DNA of 63,378 nucleotides, filler included, from Stramenopiles sp. TOSAG23-3 (taxonomy: Eukaryota): NCBI GenBank assembly GCA_900128585.1. It is 10 parts of 10 records of this genome, joined end to end, with 100 filler letters (N's around TTAATTAATTAA, not from the genome) between each part and the next. Parts side by side here need not be neighbours in the genome. Positions count along the whole stretch, not along the records: positions 1 to 9,403 come from LT642922.1; positions 9,504 to 18,895 come from LT642923.1; 8 more parts are not named here. One strand, given 5' to 3'. The notes below the pieces were generated by a model. That model ran no database searches and had not been told where the DNA came from. It saw nothing but the letters and a program-made list of their open reading frames with translations. The position numbers and the translations under genes are program-made. Within the stretch, counting starts at the first letter, position 1. Each line of letters begins with the position of its first letter. Shown piece by piece: positions 1-10,577 of the stretch.

Positions 1-3000
1 CTCTGCCTTCTGTGGTCTGCTGAAGGGTATAGATTGAACCAGTGGGAGAAGTTTAATTATAGTGATCCTTTTGGCCGCGCATATTTCAACTTTGCAAGTA
101 CAAATGATGGCAGCTATGCCCTCATATATGGTGGCATGGGCGGCTCGACAACAACTTACGCGAAACCGTACTGCATGGTCCTCAAGGGAAACGCCGAAGG
201 AAATTACAGCCTTCGGATACAGGAACCACAAGGCGTCTCCCCTGGTTCCAGGTTTGCTTTTGGCATGGCCCCCGTGCGCAACGATGAAATCCTTCTTGTG
301 GGCGGAAGCATCGAATTTAGGTATTTAAACGGAACGTGGATATACAACGCGAAAAATAAGGCGTGGCGAAGGGCCGCGCTTGGAAGTAGCATGCCTTATA
401 TGAAGTACGTAGAGGTTGCAAAGTTGAACCATACCCACCTCCTTCTCTTTGGGGGGTCATATGCACATAGCTCGAAAACCCATCCTAAGGACGACTATCG
501 CAACACAACCTGGGTGTACGACTATAACGTTGATGCATGGGCCCCGTTGGATGTTGCAGTGAGTCCACCAGGCCGAAAGGACCATTGTATTGTACCGACG
601 GACCGTGGGCTTTTCCTTTTCGGGGGCAACGATGGCAAAAGAAACGCTGAGCACATGAACGATGCTTGGCTATTTTCAGGCAATGGGTGGCAACAAGTGC
701 AGCAACAAAACTCCTCTGAACCTTGGCCATCGAGGAGATCATCGATGTCGATGGCGTCCAATGGCACACATGTCATGCTTTTCGGCGGCAGGGGCGATGG
801 AATGGTACTTGACGATACTTGGGTCTTCACCGTTGTTACCTCGTCGTGGAACCAAATTTCCGCTGGAAACGTTGGCGAGTCAATTGAAAAAGGTCGGATG
901 AACTTTTTTGGGTCGAATTTCTTTCGCATGGGGGGGTTTCGAAATACGCAGTACAATAATGCCTTTGAAAAGTTAGTAGGAAATGAATGGCAGGCTATGA
1001 ACATAGGCCCCGAACCAAGTGGGATAAAAAAACATGCCATGGCCCGAATTGACGATAGCGTTGTGATCATTGGGGGAATGAAATCTGGCGGCACCGATTT
1101 GAACAATCTAGTGTGGAAATACAGCCGTGACGAGAAGTATTGGTCCATTGTAAAGCCTATGGTTCCTGGAACACAGCCGTCTCCCAACTTTCATAGCGCG
1201 GCGGCTTACCTTGAGCCAGGCAAAGCTTTGGTTTTTGGTGGGTATTACAAAACAAGTTACTACGGCGATACTTACACTTTAAGTCTGAAGAAAGGCGACA
1301 GCGTTGGTCAGTGGGAAAAGCTAAATCTCACCCATTCGCCGAAAGGGCTGGCATATCATGCAATGGCAGCAATTGTTGGTCGGCGGGCTGTCGTTTTGTT
1401 TGGCGGCCACTGGAGTGCTAGGAGTACATCATCCGACACGTGGGTGTTCTCTGCGTCAACGATGGGTTGGAGTCAAATTTCCGGGTATTCTCCTTCAGCT
1501 CGCGTTGGCCACGCCATGGCCTCACTGGGGGAAAACAAAGCAATTCTGTTTGGAGGCCGATTCGGTCCTACCTATAACAATGAGTTGTGGGAATTCAACT
1601 ACGACACAGAAACTTGGCGAAAAATCGAGCAAGGCCCAAACGGCAGCCCTTTCGATTGGCCACCAAGTCGCTACGGTGCTTTATTAGCCCCTCTGTACAC
1701 TCCAAACACAATGATTATGTATGGGGGCAAAGATACAGACATATTGACCGACACTTGGATCCTCTGGTTTGACGGAGCGAGCAACCATCATTGGGAACGG
1801 CATGCGTCAGATATAAATCCGTTGAATTCCTTTGAAGGAACCATCGCACCTATTGGAACTGGTCCGGGCACGGGCCCATCGGTTGAAGTCGTTGTCTTTG
1901 GGGGAGAGGTAACGAAAACGGTGAACAGTGAAACCACGTATTTCTTTCGGTCTAGTTGTGTGAGGGGAGCACAGTTGTCCGAGAACAAGAAGAACTGCGA
2001 GCTGTGCCCATTGGGAACGTACAGTGTGGATTCATCGCAGAAGTGCACCCCGTGCCCCCCCCAAATATCCACGTTAATTTCAGGCAGTAAAGACCGATTT
2101 GATTGTAACATTTGCAAAAAAGGCAAGGGTAGTTTGGGAGTATGCTCACTTATGGTTGAGGATGGAGACCCTACTCCACAATGGCCATATAAGCCACAGT
2201 GGAATTGCTACAAGGGCGTCTGGGGGAGACAGTGCGAGCACCGATGCCCTGGCTTCGACCCCGAGCTGATCGGTAAGCCTCAACCCGGTGTTTGCGGAAA
2301 GGGTTTAAATGGTATTTGCAACGATGGAGCAGACGGCGACGGGATGTGCCATTGCAGTTTTTTCTACTCTTTGAGTCCTAAAAACCATTGCAAGGTCCCC
2401 ATTACTGGCATTCTGTTTGGTGCCGTGCTACTACTTATGTTAGGGGGTATGTGCGCCCTGGCGAGGTACCGAGAAAAGCAAAAATTAATCCTTTCCGTTT
2501 TGTCCACAAGAGAAAACCAGCTCTTAAAGGCAAGCATTGAGCTGCGGCGCGAAAAAATTGAGACCCAAAAGGCGCAAGAAGGCTGGAGCATCCAAGAGGG
2601 CGAAATTACGCTAGGGGACCAAGTTGGCTCTGGGTCGTACGGCGACGTGTTTAAAGGCAAATGGGCCCCCTTGAAAGATGTGCCGGTGGCCATTAAAGTA
2701 GTTCGTTTTAAGCCTGGGGAAAAAGCAACTGCTTTGGACGATGCTGAAATGCTCTTGATGCAGAGGATTCGTCATCCTCGATTGGTCTTATTTTTTGGAT
2801 CGGGAGTTTTAAAATCCCGGAATTGTTCGTTTGCGGTTACAGAGTTTCTTGCTGGTGGAGATTTGATGGAGTTTATTGAAACTGCGGCAGCTTCGAATGA
2901 CTACGAAGGGGCTTACCCTTGGGAAATGCGGGTGCGCAGCGCACTGGACATAGCGGAAGGTATGGAATATTTGCACTCTCGAGACTGGGTCCACCGTGAT

Positions 3001-3726
3001 CTCAAAAGCGCAAACATACTGAGAGATGAAATAGGGCGTTGCAAAATTACCGATTTTGGCTTGTCCAAGTCCCTGTCAGGGCAGGGGGCGAAGGGTCCGA
3101 GCTCTGTTTCGTCAAAAAGCGCGCCCCGGAAACGATCGGTGGACACGAGCATTGAAATGACAGCGTTTACCGGCAGTGGTCCTTGGTTGGCGCCAGAATT
3201 AATAACAAAGAATTTTGAGGACATCGCTGTCGGTGGTAAAGAGGTGGATGTATACAGTTTTGGGTGCGTGTTGTACGAACTTGTGGAGGGCAGGATTCCG
3301 TGGTCCAATGCAAAGTGCTTAGAAGATATTTTTGGCTCTGTCGAGAATGGCGGGCGTCCAAAAGTTGCAACGCCAATGCCCAGTGGGCATGACCAGAGCT
3401 ATATACACTTAAAGGTCTGCAATTTAATGTCAGAATGCTGGCAACAATCTGCATCGCGGCGACCTTCGTTTTCTAAGATCGCGAAGGTATTGCATTCAGT
3501 GTACCAAGATCATTGTCGCACGCGCAAGCGAGCCAGTACGCGCGCAAGTCAGAGAACCAGTGCACTATTTGCCAGGAACAAGCAATCATGGGACAATGGT
3601 GTGAAGGATAAAACTGCATTTTTAGCGTCTGATTCTTTAGCTAAAGAGTCAAGTAATACTCGCGGGCGCAAATCGATCAGCAACCCCGTTGTGAAAATGG
3701 TTGCAAGAAAGAATGATATAGTGTGA
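1..3726 (+). CDS. Kelch-repeat receptor-like protein kinase (TKL group), probably 5'-truncated
   Basis: The frame is open from base 1 (LCLLWSAEG...). It contains many Kelch repeats (GG...W), Cys-rich CxxCPxGTYS and EGF-like segments, a TM helix (ITGILFGAVLLLMLGGMCALA), then kinase motifs GSGSYG, VAIK, HRDLKSAN, DFG, APE and DVYSFG. Confidence 0.9.
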   Translation, partial: LCLLWSAEGYRLNQWEKFNYSDPFGRAYFNFASTNDGSYALIYGGMGGSTTTYAKPYCMVLKGNAEGNYSLRIQEPQGVSPGSRFAFGMAPVRNDEILLVGGSIEFRYLNGTWIYNAKNKAWRRAALGSSMPYMKYVEVAKLNHTHLLLFGGSYAHSSKTHPKDDYRNTTWVYDYNVDAWAPLDVAVSPPGRKDHCIVPTDRGLFLFGGNDGKRNAEHMNDAWLFSGNGWQQVQQQNSSEPWPSRRSSMSMASNGTHVMLFGGRGDGMVLDDTWVFTVVTSSWNQISAGNVGESIEKGRMNFFGSNFFRMGGFRNTQYNNAFEKLVGNEWQAMNIGPEPSGIKKHAMARIDDSVVIIGGMKSGGTDLNNLVWKYSRDEKYWSIVKPMVPGTQPSPNFHSAAAYLEPGKALVFGGYYKTSYYGDTYTLSLKKGDSVGQWEKLNLTHSPKGLAYHAMAAIVGRRAVVLFGGHWSARSTSSDTWVFSASTMGWSQISGYSPSARVGHAMASLGENKAILFGGRFGPTYNNELWEFNYDTETWRKIEQGPNGSPFDWPPSRYGALLAPLYTPNTMIMYGGKDTDILTDTWILWFDGASNHHWERHASDINPLNSFEGTIAPIGTGPGTGPSVEVVVFGGEVTKTVNSETTYFFRSSCVRGAQLSENKKNCELCPLGTYSVDSSQKCTPCPPQISTLISGSKDRFDCNICKKGKGSLGVCSLMVEDGDPTPQWPYKPQWNCYKGVWGRQCEHRCPGFDPELIGKPQPGVCGKGLNGICNDGADGDGMCHCSFFYSLSPKNHCKVPITGILFGAVLLLMLGGMCALARYREKQKLILSVLSTRENQLLKASIELRREKIETQKAQEGWSIQEGEITLGDQVGSGSYGDVFKGKWAPLKDVPVAIKVVRFKPGEKATALDDAEMLLMQRIRHPRLVLFFGSGVLKSRNCSFAVTEFLAGGDLMEFIETAAASNDYEGAYPWEMRVRSALDIAEGMEYLHSRDWVHRDLKSANILRDEIGRCKITDFGLSKSLSGQGAKGPSSVSSKSAPRKRSVDTSIEMTAFTGSGPWLAPELITKNFEDIAVGGKEVDVYSFGCVLYELVEGRIPWSNAKCLEDIFGSVENGGRPKVATPMPSGHDQSYIHLKVCNLMSECWQQSASRRPSFSKIAKVLHSVYQDHCRTRKRASTRASQRTSALFARNKQSWDNGVKDKTAFLASDSLAKESSNTRGRKSISNPVVKMVARKNDIV

Positions 3727-4358
3727 AACAATTTCGAAAATTACATCAACATACAAAAAAAGCATTTTTAATATAGTTTGGGCTTTAAGAAAAAGTAAAA
3801 CACATTAAAGGATATCGCTACAAACTCGGAAATGATGATGTCGTGCACAATAAATGTTTATAATGTATCATGGGTTGATAAACATTTGATAGACTAACAT
3901 GTATTATAAATAAAACAACCTTAATTAATCTTACTTCTTCATTGATTAAAATCTTGGTAAAATATGCCTGCCCATGCTGTGGCTTGTTGTGTCAATCACA
4001 ACAAATAATTTCCAGATATTTTATAAATAATAATAAACAAAAAAATGTTTTCCCCCGTTCCTTCTCGCTCCGTCCTACCGGTGCCTGTATTATACCTGGT
4101 ACCGGTACCATTCAATTATCTAGAAGAGGAGTGGTGTGAGGGAATTGGATAAAATATGGAAACCATCCACATTTGTTGTGATCATCTTGTATTATTAGAT
4201 TAACACAAAAAAAAGGGTTTTAAAACCAGAAAGAAAAGGCAATAAAATAAAGAACACAAACAAGAAGTTGAATTGTTTTACTTAATAAAAAACGAATATT
4301 GTTAACCCCTTGAACAGACGTCCTTCCACCCCAATATAATTTCTTGTTTGGTAGAGTC

Positions 4359-7196
4359 ATGCGTTTCTGTTTGAAAGTAGTGTTGCTGTTCATTTATTAT
4401 ACAGCTTTCTGTTCCATCAGTCGTGCCGTTACTACACCGTATCGCAAAGACGTCATCGACTCGTTGTTGCAGTGGGTTGGTGCGCACAGTGCCAAAGATG
4501 GCGGTGTATTTATATCCGATAAAAAAAAGCAAGTGTACGAAGAAGTTACGGGGTACTATATTCCTACCCTCATAGAACATGGGGAAAGACATAAAGCGAA
4601 AGAATACCTTCAGTATCTGCTTAATACGCAAAAGACAGACGGGTCGTTTGGACTGAAAGGCGAAAGTTATGCGTTTGATACCGGGATGGTTATTCGCGGA
4701 TGGGTCGCGTTTTACCCTCGTTTGACGGATGGAAGCGATCTGAAATCAAGACTGACAAAGGCCCTGAAAAAGGCATGCTCGTGGTTAGCGGGGTACAGAG
4801 ATCCGCGGACAGGGCGATTTTTTGTCCCGGTCCATCAATGGGGATTGGACTACCATGGATATGTGTCAGAAGGCATACATCTTCTCGTGCTCAAACCTAT
4901 GATGGATTGCGGGGAACTGTTAAATCTGCCTCATGTCACAGAAGCTGCGAAGCAGATGAAACAGTCGTTTTTGAGCCCCGAGGTTGCGCAAGAGCTGGGC
5001 ATTACCAATTTTGAGCAGAGCCACATGCTGACTCACTTTTATGCGTACATTCAAGAAGCATTGGTGGAACTAGGAGAACATGCTTTGGCAACGCAAGGAA
5101 TGGCAATGGTGGCGAAGTACCAGGCCAACGATGGCGCGGTACCGGCTTATTACAATGTTAAATACGTGTGCACGACAGGCCTCGCTCAATTGGCCCTCGT
5201 GTGGTACAAGTTGGGCGACATTGACCGTGCTGACCGCGCATTGAACAGGGTGTTGGCCATGCGCAACGAAGGGACTGGTGGATTTTATGGTTCGGTGGGT
5301 AGCCAAGCAGACTATTTCCCAGATCAGGAGATCAGTTGGGCAGTAAAATATACGCTGGATGCGCTGGCGAGCTTGCCACAATCCCATTTTGACGCCACAG
5401 TAAACATTTATCCCACGCAGTTGCCAGCAAATGATGGGCGTGCTGAGGTGATAACGGCGCAAGTATTGAAGGTACAAAATGAATTGGGAAATAATCCGTT
5501 CAAGGTATTGGACGTTGGCGCAGGAAAGGGTAGGTTTGCACAACGAGTAAAAGAAACGTTCAAACAGGCCAGTGTTTATGCCGTCGACCTTTCCGAGAAT
5601 ATGCTTTCATTTGTGCCAAACAATATACACAAAAAACATGCATCGGCAACGTCGTTACCCTTCCCAGACAACTACTTTGCGGTTGTGTACGCAGTTGAGT
5701 CTTTGGAGCATGTCCCATTGCAAAATGCTGCCATATCAGAGATGGTTCGAGTTCTTTGTCCGGGAGGAATTCTTATAATCATTGATAAGAATGAGGAAGA
5801 CTACCGGTTCAAACAGTGGACCCTAGAGCCTTGGGAAAAATGGTTTTCGTGGGACGAGCTCGAAACTGTGTTCCTTTCGAACAAGTTGGGGGAAGTCAGC
5901 GTAAGTCCTATCGGTTACGAGCACATCACTGTCCCAGACGGGCTCATGCTTGCAGCGGTGGGCAGAAAAGGTGGGGTTCTGGCTAAATTATCCAGCGAAG
6001 CACGTGTCATTGACCTTAGTGGTTGCCCGGGTGTATCGGCAATGGATGTATTGGTAATTATAGGAACTCGACCAGAAGCAATAAAGTTAGCACCGGTTGT
6101 CAGGCAGCTAAAGGCGATTGGCCCTTGTATGCATGTTAAAGTTTGGGCCACCGGGCAACACTCGAGTTTGTTAAACCAAACTTTGGAAGCTATCAACTTA
6201 AACGTCGACCTAAACTTGAAGGCAATGGTGCCTGGTCAAGGTCTGGGCACGCTGCACGCTAATTTGCTTCATTTGCTGTCCCAAAATTTGAGAGCACAAA
6301 CAAAACCGTTTGATATGGTGGTTGTACAAGGGGATACCATGTCTACGTTGGCCGGGGCGGAAGCCGCGTTCTACTCCAAAATACCCGTTGCGCACGTAGA
6401 AGCAGGCCTAAGAAGTCATAACAAATCTTCCCCTTTCCCCGAGGAAATTAATAGACGATCAATATCTCTCCTAGCAAACCTCCATTTTGCAGTCAGCGAG
6501 CAGGGGGCAAACAATTTGAAGGCTGAGAATATCATGGAAAACGTGCACGTAGTCGGAAATACTGTCATCGACCAAATTAAAACCACTATAGATGCAGTTA
6601 TGGACGTCCAGACTGCCAAAAACCTCAATGAAATTTTTCACGCAGGGCCGAAGAAAACGTACATCCTTGCATCCTTGCATCGTCGTGAGAACCATGGAAA
6701 CCGGCTGGAACTGGTCTGCAATTGCCTGGTGGAATTTACCCACCAAAACCCAAACGTCCACGTGATATTTTTGTTGCACCCAAACCCAAATGTGGTAAAG
6801 CCGGTCTCAAATATGTTAGAAAATAACGAGCAAATTACCATGGTAATCCCATTGCCATATGCAACCATGACCCATGTTCTGAACAGGGTGCAATTAGTAT
6901 TTACCGACAGCGGGGGGCTGCAAGAAGAGGCCATTGCCTTAGGAAAGCCAGTGCTAGTCTTGCGCGACAATACTGATCGCCCCGAGGGCAATCCTGTGGT
7001 GCTTCAACGTTTTGAAAAGGAACACTTTTTCCAGCTGGCACAGAAGGTCTTAGAGAAAAGTTTTGCAGTGCAGAATACGTGCGCATCTGACGATGGCGAC
7101 TATGCCTCAAAATGCATGGACACAGTGTATGGGGACGGCGAAAGTAGCTTAAGGATTGTAGACCTGATAGTCCAGTTTATCAAGGACTCAAGATGA
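4359..7196 (+). CDS. Three-module fusion: alpha/alpha-toroid (prenyltransferase/squalene-oxidase-like) domain + class I SAM methyltransferase + non-hydrolysing UDP-GlcNAc 2-epimerase (WecB-like), with a hydrophobic N-terminal signal
   Basis: First ATG is at 4359. The toroid-like repeats include YEEVTGYYIPTL and TQKTDGSF. The methyltransferase shows VLDVGAGKGRF and LPFPDNYF. The WecB motifs are GTRPEAIKLAP, TGQH, QGDT, HVEAGLRS, PFPEE, GNTVID, HRREN, TDSGGLQEE and YGDG. Confidence 0.85.
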   Translation: MRFCLKVVLLFIYYTAFCSISRAVTTPYRKDVIDSLLQWVGAHSAKDGGVFISDKKKQVYEEVTGYYIPTLIEHGERHKAKEYLQYLLNTQKTDGSFGLKGESYAFDTGMVIRGWVAFYPRLTDGSDLKSRLTKALKKACSWLAGYRDPRTGRFFVPVHQWGLDYHGYVSEGIHLLVLKPMMDCGELLNLPHVTEAAKQMKQSFLSPEVAQELGITNFEQSHMLTHFYAYIQEALVELGEHALATQGMAMVAKYQANDGAVPAYYNVKYVCTTGLAQLALVWYKLGDIDRADRALNRVLAMRNEGTGGFYGSVGSQADYFPDQEISWAVKYTLDALASLPQSHFDATVNIYPTQLPANDGRAEVITAQVLKVQNELGNNPFKVLDVGAGKGRFAQRVKETFKQASVYAVDLSENMLSFVPNNIHKKHASATSLPFPDNYFAVVYAVESLEHVPLQNAAISEMVRVLCPGGILIIIDKNEEDYRFKQWTLEPWEKWFSWDELETVFLSNKLGEVSVSPIGYEHITVPDGLMLAAVGRKGGVLAKLSSEARVIDLSGCPGVSAMDVLVIIGTRPEAIKLAPVVRQLKAIGPCMHVKVWATGQHSSLLNQTLEAINLNVDLNLKAMVPGQGLGTLHANLLHLLSQNLRAQTKPFDMVVVQGDTMSTLAGAEAAFYSKIPVAHVEAGLRSHNKSSPFPEEINRRSISLLANLHFAVSEQGANNLKAENIMENVHVVGNTVIDQIKTTIDAVMDVQTAKNLNEIFHAGPKKTYILASLHRRENHGNRLELVCNCLVEFTHQNPNVHVIFLLHPNPNVVKPVSNMLENNEQITMVIPLPYATMTHVLNRVQLVFTDSGGLQEEAIALGKPVLVLRDNTDRPEGNPVVLQRFEKEHFFQLAQKVLEKSFAVQNTCASDDGDYASKCMDTVYGDGESSLRIVDLIVQFIKDSR

Positions 7197-7675
7197 AAGT
7201 AAAAAGAGTGCAAAATTCACTAAATACTTCTTATTGAATAAAACGTTAAAGCGCACACTTATTTAAATTTGTCAAAACACAGTAACATAGTACTTGGCGT
7301 GAGGAGAGAAATGGTTAACTAATCAATTTACTCTGGTCACTTGTCCTTAGACTATCATGCTCTGATGTACTCCATCCATGATCTGGTCAGATATATTTGG
7401 ATTTGCAACGATTTCAAGTGACCCGCACTCAACTTCTTCGTCCGATGCCTCACTCATAGATAAAACAACCCCTGTGTAATTTTCCAAGCAGTGGCGTGAA
7501 TGTTTTAGAGGTGCTCGTTTTCTGTCTTGTAAATCAATGATTAAAACACTGACTATGATAGTATAATATATAAGTGAGGTAGTATTTGATTTAAAATGAG
7601 AGTCTTAGTACCTTACTTTCTGTGACCTTTTCAGCAATTAAAACATTTTAAGTTCTTACAGTATAAGTTTATGCT

Positions 7676-8755
7676 TTAGTAGTCCGGGTTTATGAACGGG
7701 CTGTCCGGTCCGAACATCCACTCGACTGGGCCTGCAACACGACCCTCTTCCCACCGCCCCTTAAAACTATCTCCGTTCGGAAGCCGCATCGTTCCTATAC
7801 CATGGCGCCTGCTCTGGCGCCACTGCCCCTCGTATCGTTGACCGGTACTGGCGCAGGTGAATACCCCCAATCCGTCTCGAGCATCATTTTTCCAAAATCC
7901 CTCGTACAGGTTTCCATTCGAAAACGTGAGGACCCCTCTCCCGTTGGCTCTGTCGTCGGCCCATTCTCCTCTGTAGATGTCCCCGTTTTTGTAGTGGAGC
8001 TCGCCTTCCCCCGACTTGACGCCATCTACCCAGCTGCCAATGTATTTGTCCCCTCCCGAATAAAACAAAGTTCCACGACCATTTGCACGATCGTTTTTCC
8101 AATTGCCCTCATACCGCTCGCCGTTGACGTAGGTAAGAACTCCGTACCCGTCTTTCTGGTCATCTAGCCATTCCCCCTCGTAGACGTTGCCGTTAGGGAA
8201 CGTGTATACGCCCTTTCCGGACATTTTCGCCTGCACCCACTCGCCATCGTACAGCCCGCCATCCTGGTACTCATACCGCCCAAGGCCGTGCATTTTCCCC
8301 TCGAACCAGTCTCCGTCGTAACGCTCCACTGGACGCCGGTCTCGGTCTACGTATGTGACTGTGCCCTTTCCGTGTCGTTTGTCGCCAAACCACTCCCCTT
8401 GGTACATGTCCCCGTTGGCGTACGTGTAGGTTCCTACCCCTTGCATTTTCCCGTCAACCCACGCGCCTTCGTACCGGTCCCCGTCGGAATACAGCAGAGT
8501 CCCAGAGCCATTAATTTTGCCGTTCACCCACTCCCCTTCGTAGGTGTTCCCGTTGCTGTACGTGGCAACTCCCATGCCCGAAATAATGTCATCTTTCCAC
8601 TCTCCGGAGTAAGTGCCCCCATCCGAGTAGCTGTACTTTCCCTTCCCATGCCTTTTTCCAAACACCCAACTCCCATCGTATATCTCCCCGTTCGCGTATA
8701 CTAGCTTGCCAAGCCCGTGCATCTGGCCCTCGTGAATCTCACCCGTATATTGCAT
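7676..8755 (-). CDS. MORN1: MORN-repeat protein, apicomplexan/kinetoplastid MORN1 type
   Basis: About 15 tandem YxGxWxxGxxxGxG MORN repeats in 359 aa. It has the mid-protein insert (GTVTYVDRDRRPVERY) and the C-terminal F..DSP tail recalled from apicomplexan MORN1. Confidence 0.85.
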   Translation of the reverse strand: MQYTGEIHEGQMHGLGKLVYANGEIYDGSWVFGKRHGKGKYSYSDGGTYSGEWKDDIISGMGVATYSNGNTYEGEWVNGKINGSGTLLYSDGDRYEGAWVDGKMQGVGTYTYANGDMYQGEWFGDKRHGKGTVTYVDRDRRPVERYDGDWFEGKMHGLGRYEYQDGGLYDGEWVQAKMSGKGVYTFPNGNVYEGEWLDDQKDGYGVLTYVNGERYEGNWKNDRANGRGTLFYSGGDKYIGSWVDGVKSGEGELHYKNGDIYRGEWADDRANGRGVLTFSNGNLYEGFWKNDARDGLGVFTCASTGQRYEGQWRQSRRHGIGTMRLPNGDSFKGRWEEGRVAGPVEWMFGPDSPFINPDY

Positions 8756-9403
8756 CGTTCTTCTCGTTCGTCACAACACACACACAAAACAGTACCAATC
8801 TTGTTCACAATTTATTCGTTCGTACACAAACACAAATAATTGTAATTCCAGCGTCCTTATCCTATCGCTTTCTTTCGTCTTTTCTATTTAATAATTTAAT
8901 TATGAAACGACAGTACTTCTTCTTTTTGATCAAACTAAGTTAATCCCGAAGACCAAGTTTCACAGAGAAGAGCAGCAGATATAATAATATAAGAAGAAAA
9001 GAAGAAGAAGACGTCGTCGTCGTTAAAGAGTTTTTATCATTCATATTTACAACTACACAGCATAAGTATTAATTAATCGGTGGGAATGGTTTTTTTTCTT
9101 TTTTCTTCTATCATCTCTTCTTCTCTTCTCTTCTCTTCTTCTCTTCTTTTTTCTTCTTTTTTTCTTTTTTTTATATTAATAAAATATTAATACCACCGTA
9201 ATAGTATTGGTTTACACAATTACTATTATCAATCAAGTCGTTATTTTTTAATATAAATTAATATTAATTATATGCTCTGTTTATGTTATTCTAATTATTT
9301 ATAACTGTAGTTTTTGTATTAATGTTGTATTTAGGGTTACAAGAAGCGAAGAGAAGAAAGAAAGAGAAGAAGAAGAAAAAAAAGAAGAAAGAAGAGAAAA
9401 GAA

Positions 9404-9503
9404 NNNNNNNNNNNNNNNNNNNNNNNNNNNNNNNNNNNNNNNNNNNNTTAATTAATTAANNNNNNNNNNNNNNNNNNNNNNNNNNNNNNNNNNNNNNNNN
9501 NNN
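9404..9503. other. Artificial contig spacer N44-TTAATTAATTAA-N44 (also at 18896-18995, 28388-28487, 37874-37973, 47345-47444, 56796-56895, 58442-58541, 60088-60187, 61734-61833)
   Basis: The same 100-nt linker, with stops in all six frames, recurs between contigs of decreasing length. Confidence 0.99.
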
Positions 9504-10368
9504 CGGGACCGCGGAGGACGAAGCCGACAACGGCGAGTTCAACCCCGTCGCAAGCGCCTTGGTGAACGGCGCCCAGGACCCAGCGAGCATCGTTCCGGAG
9601 ACCGGAAGCAGCAAGGCGAAAGAGATGCAGAAGGAGGAGGGGGAGAAGGAGCAAGGAGAGAGGACGGGGGAGAGCGACGAGAAAGTAGAGAACGACGCGA
9701 AGAAGGGAGGGGAGGACGACGCGCCTCCCTCCGCCAAACCCGCGAAGAAGGACGGGGAGGACGACGCGCCTCCCTCAGGATCTAGAGGCCGTATTAACGT
9801 GAACGTTCACCCTGACCGTACCACCAAACCCGCGAAGAAGGACGGGGAGGACGACGCCCCTCCCTCCGCCAAACCCGTCTCCCCCAAACCGTCGCCCCCG
9901 TGCGTGCCCGTCGACGGCTCGACCATCGAAGGGTGCCCGAACCACCGGTTCTTCGGCCACGTCGCAGTAGAGGGGGAAACCCCGAAGAGCATCGCCGCAG
10001 CGCTTAAAAAGTTCTACTCGTACGTCCCGATGCTGGGCGGGTTCCTTGGCCACGTGTCGGACAAGTGCATCGCCGACTTGAAGGCGGGGATCTGCACGCT
10101 GGCGCTGCCGAGCTGCGGGGCCAAGTGCACGGGACGGGTCAAGTGCCGGTCCGAGTGCAAGGCGATCCACGCGTCGTGCGGGTCGTTCGTTAGCAAAGAC
10201 ACCCTGGGGCCAATCCAGCCTGGAGGAGCCATGGAGGGAATAGTGAAAGCGACGACGAGATGTTTTCCGCCATGCAGAAGCTGACGAAGACGATCCTCTG
10301 CGAGGGGGACCTGGCAGAGGCAGAGTGCAGCAAGGGGGAAGACTTTGCGAAGGCGAAGGACGTGTGAG
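9504..10368 (+). pseudogene. Partial, frameshifted gene with acidic repeats and a Frizzled-like cysteine-rich domain
   Basis: It has three AKK(D/G)GEDDAPPS units and the Cys pattern CIADLKAGICTLALPSC...CRSECKAIHASC. The GC3-rich continuation (DDEMFSAMQKLTKTILCEG...) lies in another frame from about 10250, and the sequence ends abruptly in AT-rich DNA. Confidence 0.5.
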
Positions 10369-10577
10369 GGACACAATGTAAACCTATCGAAATCGAGTAA
10401 GTAGAAATGAAACATCGAATTTTACAATAAATTATAACACTACACTACTGAAGAATTGACTGAAGAATTTACAACCAAATACAAACAAGTCTGGGACGGA
10501 AAGTCCGAAAAGGATATAATCGTATTTACAATATACTAACATTACCATACGGTAGTCTTTTTTCTATTTTAACATAT

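Noticed and set aside
7340-7550. Coding-like minus-strand stretch downstream of MORN1
   Set aside because: It is short, with no convincing start or recognisable motif, so a gene call cannot be supported.
9448-9459. Recurrent TTAATTAATTAA palindrome at near-regular spacing
   Set aside because: It is an artificial six-frame-stop linker inside N runs. The regular spacing reflects length-sorted contigs.
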